A DNA stretch of 60,226 nucleotides from a virus. Position 1 is the first letter of the stretch; each line of letters opens with the position of its first letter. The stretch lies in IMG/VR virus record IMGVR_UViG_3300045988_163836; one strand, written 5' to 3'. Of the stretch, positions 29,289 through 41,198 are shown piece by piece. The notes beneath the pieces were generated by a model. It saw only the letters and a program-made list of their open reading frames with translations. It made no database searches and was not told the origin of the DNA. The translations under genes were made by a program, and so were the position numbers.

Positions 29289-29939
29289 ATGGCTTATATT
29301 TATTAGATAACAAATAATATTAATGGAAAAATTTATGTTGGTAAAACATTAAAAAATAATATTTAGGAACGTTGGAAAGAACATTTAAGAGATTATAAAA
29401 AATCTAAATATGAAAAACGTCCTTTATATAACGCAATAAATAAATATGGTCCAGAAAATTTTTCTATTAAGGAATTAGAAGAATGTTCTGCTGAAGAAGC
29501 TAGCGAAAAAGAAATTTATTGGATTGAGAAATTAAACTCTTTTAAATATGGATATAATGCTACTAAAGGAGGAGATGGCAAGATAAAATATGACCATCAA
29601 AAAATTTTAGAAGCATTAAGAATAAATCCACGTCCAATTGAAATAGCTAAATTATTTAATTGTAGTTGTGATTTAGTTCAATAGATAGCTAAAGAACACC
29701 AAATTTAGATAATTAATCAAAGTAATGAATAGATGAAAAAAGAAAAATCCAAAAGTATTAGGCAATATAATAAAAATGGAATATTAATTAATACTTTTGA
29801 TTCTGTAGCAGAAGCTGGACAATGGTGTTTTGAAAATAAAAAATGTCTAAATTATAATTCTGGAGTTAGAAGTCATATTGCTGAATGTGCAAATGGAAAA
29901 CGTAAAACAGCATATGGTTATATCTGGAAATATATATGA
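29289..29939 (+). CDS. GIY-YIG homing endonuclease (6 in-frame TAG)
   Basis: MAYIY-TAG-ITNNINGKIYVGKT...YWIEKLNSFKYGYN is a GIY-YIG motif. A conserved leader (agcctccacggggcg) is shared with the 54788 paralog. Lies just downstream of tRNA-Met. Confidence 0.7.
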
Positions 29940-30066
29940 TTTATATGAAAAGCCCATACAGCAACTTTTAATAGGATAAATAAGAAATTCTGCAAAAATT
30001 TTTTAGAGTTGGTTCAAATCCAGCAAATGATTTTAGGGTTTTGTTAAAATTGTTAAGGAGAAAATA

Positions 30067-30252
30067 ATGAAGTTTAATCCAGGAGACAAGGTCTGGTGCA
30101 AGAGATATGGTAAGGGTAAGTGCCGCAAGGCTGATAATAAGGATAATTTTATGACTTATCTTTTCAGATTTTATGATGGCACTTTAATTTGGATGTCAAA
30201 ATATCAGGCTGAACATTTTGTAAAAGTTCGTTCCACCGAGGCCACGGTGTGA
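30067..30252 (+). CDS. small hypothetical protein
   Basis: Track ORF with SD aaggagaaaataatg. Confidence 0.35.
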   Translation: MKFNPGDKVWCKRYGKGKCRKADNKDNFMTYLFRFYDGTLIWMSKYQAEHFVKVRSTEATV

Positions 30253-30411
30253 ATATAAAGTCCGGTTATAGGAAATCCTGTCATTAGGCAGCAGGCTACC
30301 GGTAATCCTTTCTTATATATTTAAATATGTAAGGAACAAAAACTATACAATAGATAGAGTTTTTACGCCTTGGCGCAATGCTTGTTTTTTACTATCTATT
30401 TTTTTATATTT

Positions 30412-30498
30412 GGAGTCGTGGGATAATGGTATTCCAATGGATTGCTAATCCATCCTACCTCTTAGGTAGTCCGCGTTCGAGTCGCGGCGATTCCGCCA
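30412..30498 (+). tRNA. tRNA-Ser (GCU), type II
   Basis: ggagtcg..atgga-ttgctaa-tccat + long arm cctacctcttaggtagt + ccgcg-ttcgagt-cgcgg-cgattcc-g-cca. Confidence 0.85.
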
Positions 30499-30501
30499 TA
30501 T

Positions 30502-30595
30502 GTAGGAGTGCCAGAGTGGTCGATTGGGTTAGTCTCCAAAACTAATTGTAGCTACACATCCAGGGTTCGAATCCCTTGCTCCTATGCGGTATCAT
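30502..30595 (+). tRNA. type II (long variable arm) tRNA with anticodon CCA
   Basis: gtaggag tg ccag-agtggtcga-ttgg g ttagt-ctccaaa-actaa + arm ttgtagctacacatc + caggg-ttcgaat-ccctt..ctcctat. Confidence 0.45.
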
Positions 30596-30990
30596 ATAGA
30601 GAACCTTTCCGTGGTGATACTATTTAAACTAATCTCTATGAAACTTATTTCCACTTTTTTAAGTTTCTATGGTTAAACCCTGTTGAGGGCAAAGACTACA
30701 GGGTATTCCTTTCCATCCCTCATACATTAAGACTCATTTTCAGCAAACTTTTGCCTGCAAAGGTTCTACATACTTATTTATTACTAATAGATGAAAAAGT
30801 ATAATAAAGAAAATAAAGTATATTTTGAAAAGTTTTTTCTTTTTAGCTAGTTTAGTAAGCTAAATTCCGCGTTTTTATTTTGGCTTTTCAATGAGTCTTG
30901 TTTTTTAAAATAATTGGTATCGCTAAGCTTCATGGTAATTGTGGCGTATTTAAATCATAGATAGTTAAGGGTCTATAGCCAATTATAATA
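30596..30990 (+). ncRNA. ORF-free structured block
   Basis: About 390 nt without ORFs between two tRNAs; contains hairpins. Confidence 0.25.
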
Positions 30991-30991
30991 T

Positions 30992-31080
30992 GCGGAATTA
31001 ACTTGCCCGGCGGTAAGCCTTGTCTTGAAAACAAGTGGTCCTGTGACAGGGATGGGGATCGACACCTCAGTTCCGCGCCA
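30992..31080 (+). tRNA. tRNA-Ser (UGA), type II
   Basis: gcggaat..cttgt-cttgaaa-acaag + arm tggtcctgtgacagggat + gggg-atcgaca-cctca gttccgc g cca. Track ORF 31003-31227 overlaps it and is rejected. Confidence 0.7.
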
Positions 31081-31122
31081 CTCGTTTCAAATTCGTTCAT
31101 TGCATTTCATCCTTTCTGTAAA

Positions 31123-31165
31123 GATGGACTGATTAGATTAATCAGTCCATCTTTTTTTTTATATA
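31123..31165 (+). terminator. rho-independent terminator
   Basis: aaagatggactgattagattaatcagtccatcttttttttt. Confidence 0.7.
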
Positions 31166-31442
31166 TTTTAAAGACAGTAGGTTATAGGGGTTCGGGCCGA
31201 CTTGGACCATTAAAACCGAATGCTTGAATTAAAATTCCATTTAAGAAATTTTCGGTCCAACAGGTATAGAGCAATATAAAATAATTTTAAATATGAAAGG
31301 AGAAGAACAATATGAAAATGTTTATTCTTTCATATAAGGGCGGCAAAGATGGCGGCGACATTGATAAAGAAGATACTTCCAAGTCAACGGGCGGCTGGGA
31401 TGGCGGCTCTATAGATGATGATTAAAGAAAGGAGAACACGAG

Positions 31443-32516
31443 ATGGCTGAAATTATTAAATTAAGACGCGGTAAATCAACTAGCTGGTCTAAAAAGAATA
31501 TAATTCTTGCAGCTGGTGAAATCGGCGTAGAACTTGATACACATTAGATTAAAGTCGGCGATGGTTCAACCCCTTGGAATGAACTATCTTATGTAGGCGG
31601 AACTAAAGTTGTTAATGTTCAAGAATACACTGATAATCCTGCGGTTGTAGATGGTGTGCCTTATCAATCTATTGATGTGGCATTTATGAAAGCTCCAGCA
31701 GGAAGTACAATTCGTCTTAATGCTAACTTTGATAACAGTGTTTCTATTGATAAAGCATTGACTATTGAATTAAATGGTAATGATATTATTAATAATGAAA
31801 AAACGCCAATAGATATCAAAGCAAACGGCGATTTAACTATTAAGGGCCAAGGTACTATTGAATGTAATAAGAATGAAAATGCCGCAGTTTTTAATAATGG
31901 TAATATTACTATTAATAATGGTAAATTACAACGTACTACTGATGTAGCAGGTAATGGTTATTATACTGCTGTTAATCATGGCACTATGACAATCAATGGC
32001 GGCATGTTTATGAGTGGTGGCGAATTTTCTAGCATGATTGAAAATGGCTATTGGGATTATCACGCTGGTAATACTACTAATGGCTATGTTCAAGGCCAAA
32101 ATGCTGAAATGCCTACATTAACTATTAATGATGGTACATTCGCTGGCGGCTTATATGCTATAAAAAATGATGATAATGCTGTTTTAAATATTAATGGCGG
32201 CACATTCTATAATACTATTCTTGCTAATGGTAAGTCAATAACTATCACTGATGGGTATTTTGAAAATAGTAAGCCAAGTCAAGGCGAATATAATTTTTAT
32301 CTTCGTAAATTAAGTGAAGATTTAAATCCTCAAAATACATATATTAGCGGTGGTACATTTATTACTGCACAAGATAAGAATTTCAAGGTTGAGGGCGACC
32401 CTCGTATTGAAATTAGTGGTGGTCGTTTTAATAGAGAATTAGATCCTTCTTATCTAGCTCCTGGCTATAGACAAGTACTTGTCAATGGCTTCTATACTGT
32501 CTAGAAGGAGGAATAA
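31443..32516 (+). CDS. tail fibre protein with HylP-like N-terminal domain (TAG read-through)
   Basis: MAEIIKLRRGKSTSWSKKNIILAAGEIGVELDTH-TAG-IKVGDGSTPWNELSYVGG resembles the streptococcal phage HylP/tail-fibre N-terminus. The pectate-lyase-like G-rich body matches track ORF 31656-32504. Confidence 0.6.
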
Positions 32517-32519
32517 TCT

Positions 32520-33035
32520 ATGGCTGATATCATCAAGTTCAAAAGAGGTCGATCAATTACATGGCGCGAAAAAAACTTATTGCTTAAGGATGGCGAGCCT
32601 GGATTTGAATTAGACACTCATAAACTGAAAATTGGTGATGGTAAAACCTTATGGAATGATTTACCATATATTGGTGGCGAAAGTGGTACAATTGATCTTC
32701 CTGATAATGTAATGGAATTTTTAGGCACAGTTGATACACTTCCAGCTACCGCTGAGGATGGAGAAATGTGTATTTATAATGGTAAATTATATATTTACGA
32801 TGGTAAATGGACAACTACAGAAACTTCCTCTCCAGCACAAAATTCTTTCAATTCTTTAGTAGATGCAATTAACTATATTACCTAGCATAATTGTGTTGGT
32901 CAAATTGTATCTATTTTTTAGAATAATAAATGGTTGCCTTATATTGTAGATGTAAATAATGATCTTGTACCTATTCAATATGGAGAAGATAGTTATGATA
33001 TCCTCAATGGCGGTGACGCAAATACTCTTAATTAA
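32520..33035 (+). CDS. tail fibre-associated protein (2 TAG)
   Basis: The same N-terminal motif, IIKFKRGRSITWREKNLLLKDGEPGFELDTHKLKIGDG. Reading TAG through gives C-terminus ILNGGDANTLN-TAA, homologous to the 34302 gene C-terminus LDGGNANTL-TGA. Confidence 0.6.
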
Positions 33036-33057
33036 TTTTATAGGAGGAAAATGATTT

Positions 33058-34278
33058 ATGGCTGATAAAACTCTTAATACTCGTATTCAAGTATTAAATG
33101 ATACTACTGCCAATCTTGCGGCGAAGAAAGATAAAGTTCCCCTTCGTGGTGAAATTGTCTATGATAGTGATCTTCATAAAATGAAGATTGGTGATGGTGA
33201 ATCCACTCTTGAAAACTTAACCTTTGTTGGCGGTGATGAAGCTAAAAATTTCGAAGCTATTCCAGCAGGTGAGGAAACTGATGTTCAGGCTATTACTCGT
33301 GTTGTAGCTTCTGCAGAACTTCATAATGGCGATACTGCTATTGTAAAGCGTGTTATTACTGGCGATAAGATTTCTTATACTGCTTATGTATATGATGGTA
33401 CTTGGAAAGCTATGGATGGCAATTATCGCGCTGACAATGTTTATTTTGATGATGACATTACTTATACCGTTGCTATTGGTACTCTTTCTAAGCCTTCGGG
33501 TTCTGCTAAATTTGCGGCGAAAGGTAAGAATGTCGAACAGGTGCTTTCTAGCCTAATGGCTCAAGAGGCTAATCCCACTAAGTCCAATCCTGCTGTTAGC
33601 TTCAGCGCACAGGGCGGCTTTGGTACATTTGAGATTGGTACTAAAAAGAATCTAACATATACAGCAGCTCTATCTACTGGTAGTTATACCTATGGTCCAG
33701 CTACTGGTATTGCGGCTTAGACTTGGGAAGTTAGTTGCACTGGTGTAACCGAAAAGAAAACAACTGCAACAGGTACTTTTGAAAATGTTGTTGCTGAAGC
33801 TACTGCTAAGAAGATTACAGCTAAAGCAACTTATAATGAAGGATCTATTCCAGTAACCAATTTGGGCAATCCTTATCCTGCGGGTAAAATTGCAGCAGGC
33901 TCTGCTTCTAAGGATAGTAATATTCTTCAGGGTGTTCGTTATATGTTCTGGGGTCCTATGACTTCTGATGCTGGACTTAACTCTGCTAATGTTCGTGCTC
34001 TTGCTCATAAACAAGCTTAGGGCGCTGGTACATTAGGCGCATTTGGTGCTGGAGCTGGCGCAAAGAAAGTTATCGTTGCAGTTCCTGCTGGTTGTAAGAT
34101 TACGAAGGTTCTTATGCTAAGTGCTCTTAATGCTGATGTTACAGCTCTATTTGTTAAACAAGGCACTACTGTTAGTGTTGAAGGTGCTGAAAGCTATGCT
34201 GCAGCTCCTTATGATGTATATGTCTATCAACCTGCTTCTATTGACGCTGGTGAAACATATAGCGTTACGATTGGTTAA
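33058..34278 (+). CDS. tail fibre protein (2 TAG)
   Basis: N-terminal MADKTLNTRIQ...KMKIGDG; contiguous frame through TAG at 33718 and 34018. Confidence 0.55.
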
Positions 34279-34301
34279 TTTTGAAGGAGGAATAATATAA
34301 T

Positions 34302-36935
34302 ATGGCTACTATTTTAAATAATGCTGCTTATATGGGTTTCCCGCTGTCTATTAAGCGTGGTAATCCTGCTCCTGTTGATACTACCGCTGTATGGTATAAT
34401 AAAACAGAATTAGAAACTTATGCTAAATCTGGCGCTACAGCTTATGTCGGTCAGATTTTAACTTTAGTTGTAGATAATAAGTGCGAAGCTTACATGATCA
34501 GTAATGCAGCTGGCACTCTTGTTAAGCTTGCTTCTACTACTGCTTCTGGTGACCTTGCTTCTGATGTCTCTACATTACAAGGTAAAGTTGCTTCTCTTAT
34601 TGAGAAGGTCGGTGCAGCTAAGGAAGGCGAAACCGCAGCAACTGGTTTATATGCATTAATTGAAGCTGCCCAAAAGCAAGCAGATAAAGGCGTCACTAAT
34701 GCAAAGACTGCTGATGATAAAGCTGTTGCAGCACAGGCTGATGTAGATGCCCTTGAAACTGTTGTTGGTGCTGATGATACTACTGGTCTTCGTAAGCGTA
34801 TTAAGACTAATGAAGATGCTATTGGTGTTCTGAAAGGCACTGGTGAAGGTTCAGTCGCGAAGGCTGTTAATGATGCTATTGATGCATTTGCTACCAAGGC
34901 TACTGATAATGGCACTATTGATACCTTCAAAGAATTAGTTGACTGGGTCGCAAAGCATCCAGAAGTTGTTAATGGTTTAACTGGTGATATTAATAAATTA
35001 AAAGCTATCCTTAAAGGATTTGGTACTGCTGAAGGCGAATCTCCTGAAGTAAAGGCTTATATTGATGGCGCCATTAAGGCTCTCAAAATTGGCGATTATG
35101 CTAAGGCTGCTGATTTAACTACTCTCGCCGGACGTGTTAGCGTAGTTGAAAATCTTCCTGCGGCTGGTATTACTGCTGAAGATATCGCTAAGTGGAATGC
35201 AAAGCAAGATGCGGGTAATTTTGTTGATCAATCTGCTTATGATACTAAGATGACAGCTCTTGATCAAGCTGATAGCGATAATGCAACTGCTATTGCTGCT
35301 GTGAAAAAAACGGCTGATGCGGCTGTCGTTGCCAATAAAGATATTACCGCTGGTACTGCTACTAAAGTTACTTATGATGCTAAAGGTCTTGTAACTAAAG
35401 GTGAGAATCTTGCTGTTTCTGACATTCCTACTCTTGGTATTTCCAAGATTGATGGTCTTCAGGATGCTCTCGATGCTAAGCAGAATAATTTAACATTTGA
35501 GGGTACTTATAATGCTGGCACTAACAAAGTTGCTACTGAAAGCACTGTTAATACTGCTGTTGATAATTTAATCCATACTCTTGGCGGCAAAGATGGTAAG
35601 ACTGATATTGATACTAAGGATAGCAATACTATCCATGGCGCAAAGATGTATGCAGATGAAGTCGGTAAGACTACTCTTGCTTCTGCTAAAACTTATGCTG
35701 ATGGTTTAGTTGGCGATACTTCTGCCATTGGTAAAAAAGTTGCCGCTCTTGAAGGTAAGGTTGATGTTGATAGCGTAAGTGGTGCAATTGATACAGCTAA
35801 GACCGAAGCTATTAATACCGCAGGCACTAATGCTGATACTAAAATTGCAACTGCTAAGACTGCTATTCTTGGTGAAGAACATACTGGCACTGTAAAAGAA
35901 GCTTATGAACTTGCTGCTTCCAAGGCTACAATGAAAGAAGTCGAAGCTAAGGGCTATGCTGTTAAGACTGAAGTTGATACGGCTGTTGCTGATGCAAAGA
36001 AAGCGGGCACTGAGGCTCAGACTTCTGTTAATGCATTAAGCGATAAAGTTGGCACTGTTTCAGCAGACAAGACAATTGTTTAGATGATTGCTGATGCTCA
36101 AAAGGCTGCTACTTATGATGATAGCACTGTTAAGGCAAGTATCAAAGCTAATGCTGATGCTATTACTAAGTTAAATGGTGCTGATACTGTTGAAGGCTCT
36201 GTGGCTAAGACAGTTAAGGATGCTGTTGCTGTTGAACAGAAGCGTGCAGAAGGTAAAGAACAAGCAAATGCTACTGCAGTTGCTGATGTTAAATCTCGTG
36301 TTGACACCTTCCTTGCAGCTGCAGAAGTCGGCGATGCTGCTGTTGATACCTTAAAAGAAATTCAGACTTACATTAGCACGCATGGCTCTGCTGCTGATCA
36401 AATGGTTAAAGATATTGCAGCTAATAAGAAAGCAGTTGAAGATGAAGCTGCTCGTGCTAAGGCCGAAGAAACAAAACTTAATACTGCAATTACCGATGAA
36501 ACCAGTCGTGCGACAGGTATTGAAAGTGGTTTAGCTACTCGTCTTACTACTCTTGAAGGCGCTGACACTGTTGAAGGTTCTGTAGCGAAAACTGTTAAAG
36601 ATGCTATTGATACCCTTAATATTACTCAGTATGCAAAAGATGCTGATGTTGTCAAGAAAGAAACTGGTAAGAGCTTAATTGCTGATACCAAGATTACTAA
36701 ACTTGATGGTATTGCAGAAGGCGCTCAAGTTAACGTAATTGAAAAGATTACAGTTAATGGTACAGAACAGACTCCTACTAAGAAGACAATAGCTCTTGAA
36801 AGCTATAAGGGTGATGGCACTTCTATTGAGAATAATGCTAATCATACTCTTAGCGTGAAGGCAGTTTCTACTGATCTTCTTAAATAGGGTGCTGATACTC
36901 TTATCCTTGATGGTGGTAACGCTAATACGCTTTGA
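34302..36935 (+). CDS. long tail fibre, coiled-coil Ala/Thr/Lys-rich (2 TAG), 877 aa
   Basis: Track ORFs 34302-36083 and 36084-36887 share one frame, joined by TAG. Internal repeats GADTVEGSVAKTVKDA. Terminates at TGA, with terminator 36951-36970. Confidence 0.65.
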
Positions 36936-36988
36936 TTTAATAAATTATAAGGGGAGAGAAATCTCCCCTTTCCATTAGGAGGATTGGA

Positions 36989-37330
36989 ATGGCTGATAAA
37001 ACTTTAAATATTCGTATTAAGTCAAAATACGATACACTTGCTAATTGGACTGCAAACAAATCAAAAGTTTTACTTGCCGGTGAAGTGGGATTTTGTTATG
37101 TACCAGCACTTACATCTGGTACAACAACCACAGCTCCTACTGTATTATTTAAAGTTGGTGATGGTACGACCACATGGGAAAAACTACCTTGGGGAGCAGG
37201 GCTTGGAGCAGATGTCCCGGCATGGGCTAAGGCACCTACAAAGCCATCCTATACCCTTGATGAAATAGGCGCTAACCCTGATGCCAACTATGTAATTTTT
37301 GATTGCGGTTCTTCAACTGTAAATATATAA
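36989..37330 (+). CDS. tail fibre N-domain protein
   Basis: MADKTLNIRIKS...KVGDGTTTWEKLPWG; terminator 37335-37368. Confidence 0.55.
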   Translation: MADKTLNIRIKSKYDTLANWTANKSKVLLAGEVGFCYVPALTSGTTTTAPTVLFKVGDGTTTWEKLPWGAGLGADVPAWAKAPTKPSYTLDEIGANPDANYVIFDCGSSTVNI

Positions 37331-37448
37331 TAATAAAGACTCCATTTTGGAGTCTTTATTTTTTTTTATCTGGACTAATTTAAATAATTTGATATTTTTA
37401 TTTTTTATATAATTTTAGAATAAGAAACATTGAAAGGAGGAACTTTCA

Positions 37449-38587
37449 TTGGCAGATAAACAATTAAAATCATTATAGTTTCCTAATATAAGTGATAAAT
37501 ATGTCGTTAAATTAACAGTAGAAGAATTACAAAATTTATTATCTGATATTAGACTTAATGGCGGAATAGCTTATTAGAAAGATATAGTTACAAGCTACAA
37601 TGATTTAAATGATAAACCTAAGATTTTAACAGAAAAAAATTTATCTGAAGAAGTAAATAATAAATTTGTAGAACTAAAATGTGTAACATTAGATGATTTA
37701 AAAAATCATACTAAAATGTTAGAAGCAAAATTTAATGGTAATGAAGAAAATGATTTAAGTGAAACCTGGATTATTCATAAAGCCCCATCTTTCTATTTTA
37801 AAAGTAATATTGAATTTGTTTCTAATGGAATAACTTATTCTTCTATAGAATATAAAAAAAATACTTAGCCCAAGAAAGATGGTATTATTCTTGAAGATAT
37901 GTTATATTATGATACCACTTGTGTTGGTCATAGTCCTCAAGATAATTCTGCTATTAATTATAAAGAAATATCTTGGGAAAATTAGGCTTATAATATAATT
38001 AAATTTACCAAAGAAAAGCCAACAGGTGATTTATTAAGATGGTTACAAGAAGATGGAACAATTAAAGGACCTAATACATTTCAAGGATTATTTAATTATG
38101 TAAATAATTAGGATAATGAAACTTTAAAAAAGGCTAAAACGTATATAAATGATGTCATGAATAATTATCATGCTCCAATAGCTAGTGAAAATACATTAGG
38201 TATAGTTATGGGCGGCGGAACTGGTATCGGTATTGATGAAAATGGTAGATTATATGCAACAGGAGAAATTATAGCTGATGCAAATATCTTATGGTCTAAG
38301 ATAGTAGAAAAACCTACTACTTTAGAAGCAATCAGCAAAGATGCGATGTGTCGAGCTATTATAAATAGTTTACCATCTAGTAGCTAGTCAGGTAATTATG
38401 CTGATTTATTAAATAAACCAGATTTATCTAAATATGCTTTAAAAACAGACATATCTGAATACACATTACCAACTGCTTCAACCTCTACTCTTGGCGGTGT
38501 AAAAATAGATAATAGTACAATTGGTATTAGTGATGGATTTATTTATGTAAAAAATACTAATTCAGCTGTTTGGACTAAATGGACAGG
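37449..38587 (+). CDS. tail fibre/structural protein (TTG start, 6 TAG)
   Basis: M(TTG)ADKQLKSL-TAG-FPN..., continuous frame to TAA 38585; every internal stop is TAG. Confidence 0.5.
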
Positions 38588-38736
38588 ATAAGTTTGAAAT
38601 TGATAACTTATTTATTATAATCTTTACTCTTTTGAAAATAGATGATTGAGAAAGATATTTAATATAGGGAAATAAATATCTTGAACTATTTTCAAAATAT
38701 TTATTTCCCTATATTTTTGTTTAAGGAGGAAATATA

Positions 38737-39729
38737 ATGGCAAATAATACATTCCAAGGCCGTATGATTTAGAAGCATGATACAAAAGCTAATTGGGATA
38801 AAGCAACTAATTTTGTCCCCTTAAAAGGCGAAATTATTATATATGATGATTTAAAGAAAATAAAAATAGGTGATGGAGCTACTAAAGTAGGAAATCTGGT
38901 TTTTATTAATGACTTAGATACTATAAATGGAAAATATTTACCTCTTGCTGGTGGTACTATGACTGGTAATATTAATATTAATAATAAAACAATTACTAAT
39001 TTAAAAACTCCAACAGCCGATACAGAAGCCGCAAATAAAAAATATGTAGATGACTAGGTTGCCGCTAATGACCATATAGTAAATAGATTTACATTTACTG
39101 CAACAGCAGGTTAGTCTACATTTACTATTCCATTTGATTTTGAAGACAGTAGCGCACTTACTGTTTATTATAATGGTATAATGATGAGGGAGATAGATAA
39201 CTATACAGTATCTAGTAAAGTAATTACACTTGCTGGATTCACAGCCGAAGCTGGTGATTATCTTACTGTAATGGGTATAGAAGGAGCTGCAGCAATTGAT
39301 TTTGGTAAAGAAGCAGAAGATGCAATTAAACAAATACAAGCTATAAAAACTTCATCAATTAATGAAATAAATACTGTGAAAGAAAAGACTCTTAAAGAAA
39401 TTAATGATTTAGTTGCCACATTACCATCGGATACTTCCAATATTATGTTTTTAAATAAAACAAACACAATGGCTGCTGATAGTAAGATTACTATGTATAG
39501 TACTTATACTCCTTCAGCAAACGGAGATGTTGCTACAAAAAAATATGTAGATGATAGTAAACCTTCAATAGTTGGTACAGCTACTACTTTTCCAATCTAT
39601 ATTGGCTCATCTACTCCCGCGTCAGGCACAGCACCTTTATTATGGATTGACACATCTTCATCTGGTACTTTTAAATATCGTACATCTAAAACTGGAACTT
39701 GGACTATCGTACCTGTTGCTTGGAGTTAA
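38737..39729 (+). CDS. tail fibre protein (TAG-containing)
   Basis: MANNTFQGRMI-TAG-KHDTKANW...KIKIGDG; C-terminus PLLWIDTSSSGTFKYRTS..WTIVPVAWS. Confidence 0.6.
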
Positions 39730-39744
39730 TAAGGAGAATAATAG

Positions 39745-40731
39745 ATGGAAATAAAAAACAATGAAAAATTATTAGATTCTTTAGTTATAAATAAAGTTCC
39801 ATCTAGGAAAATTTATAATCAAATGGTGAAACAAGGAAAAGTAAATAATGATGAAATATACATTGTAAATAAAGAAGATGACCTTCCTTATAAATATTCT
39901 TTCATTGCACAAGAAGGAGATACAACATTTACTTTTCCTTTTACTGTTGAAAATCCTGAAGATTTAAATATATTTTTTAATGGTATATTAATGACTAAAA
40001 ATATAAACTATACAATTCAAGATAATAAAATTAAGTTATTAGATTTTGCGGCATCAGCTAATGATAGTATTATTGTTCTTAATATTCGAGGAATAGAACC
40101 AGAAGACTATTTATTAGATGTGATAAATGACTTATAGATTATAAAAAATGATACTATTTAGGCTATTGATAATAAAATAAATGAATTGCCAAAAGATATG
40201 AATGAAATGCTATTAACCTCAAAAAATAATATTATGACAACAGGCAAAATAACTATGAATAGTACTTATACACCATCTAATACTGGAGACTTAACCGATA
40301 AAAAATATGTTGATTAGTAGATATAGAATAACAAAATTTCTAAAGTAAGTCAATTAACTAATGATGCTGGATATCTTACATCTCATTTGGTTAGATCAGT
40401 AAATGGAATGACTGGCGATATAAGTATCAAAGGAGCTTATGTTGGAAGTTATATAGGAAATAATGCTTTAATAAAAACTCTTAATTTTAATTTTGAACCT
40501 GCTTATTTGATGCTATTTATGGTGCAAACTAACGCTGGTACTGCTCAAAATTATATGTGTGGCATACAAGGAATGAAATACCCATTTCCTAACAATAATG
40601 GCACTTATGTTAGCTTTACTTGGAATTCAAAATCAGTTATTATTACTGCTGCTAGTAGTTATTATACTAGTATATTCAATAATAACGGTTATACTTATTA
40701 TTATATAGCGATTCCTAAATTTAATAATTAA
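39745..40731 (+). CDS. tail fibre/structural protein (multiple TAG)
   Basis: Track ORFs 39745-40137 and 40387-40731 share a frame bridged by TAG codons. Confidence 0.5.
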
Positions 40732-40744
40732 AGGAGGTTTTTAA

Positions 40745-41185
40745 ATGTCTAAACCTAAACTTATAGAATAGATTGAAAATGCAGGTGGCGTATTTATCGC
40801 AACTAAAGATATTACCACTTATAAAGAAATTAAAGATGCTTGGGACAGTGGTAAAGATATTATTGTAGTATTTAATTCAGATATTTATATGCTAACTGAA
40901 ATCCCTACTGGTAGTAATACTATAAAATTTTATTATAGAGATTTCCGTAATAGAGGTTATTCTACTACGAGTACTAAATATCTAACCTTAACTTCTACTA
41001 ATACTTGGTCTCCGTCAGTAACAATCGAATAGCCAACAGGAATAACTACACCAATGACTTGGAATGGCACTACTCCAATTACTGCATCAGTAAAATATTT
41101 ACGCCCAATATTAATATCTACTGCAGAACCAACAGCATCAGATGGTAATATCGGCGATATTTGGATACAATATGATACAAATTAA
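40745..41185 (+). CDS. structural protein (TAG-containing)
   Basis: MSKPKLIE-TAG-IENAGG...; SD aaaggagg. Confidence 0.45.
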
Positions 41186-41198
41186 GGAGTTGATTTAA

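Noticed and set aside
31003-31227. Track ORF MPGGKPCLENKW...
   Set aside because: It overlaps tRNA-Ser(UGA) and a rho-independent terminator on the same strand, so it is spurious.
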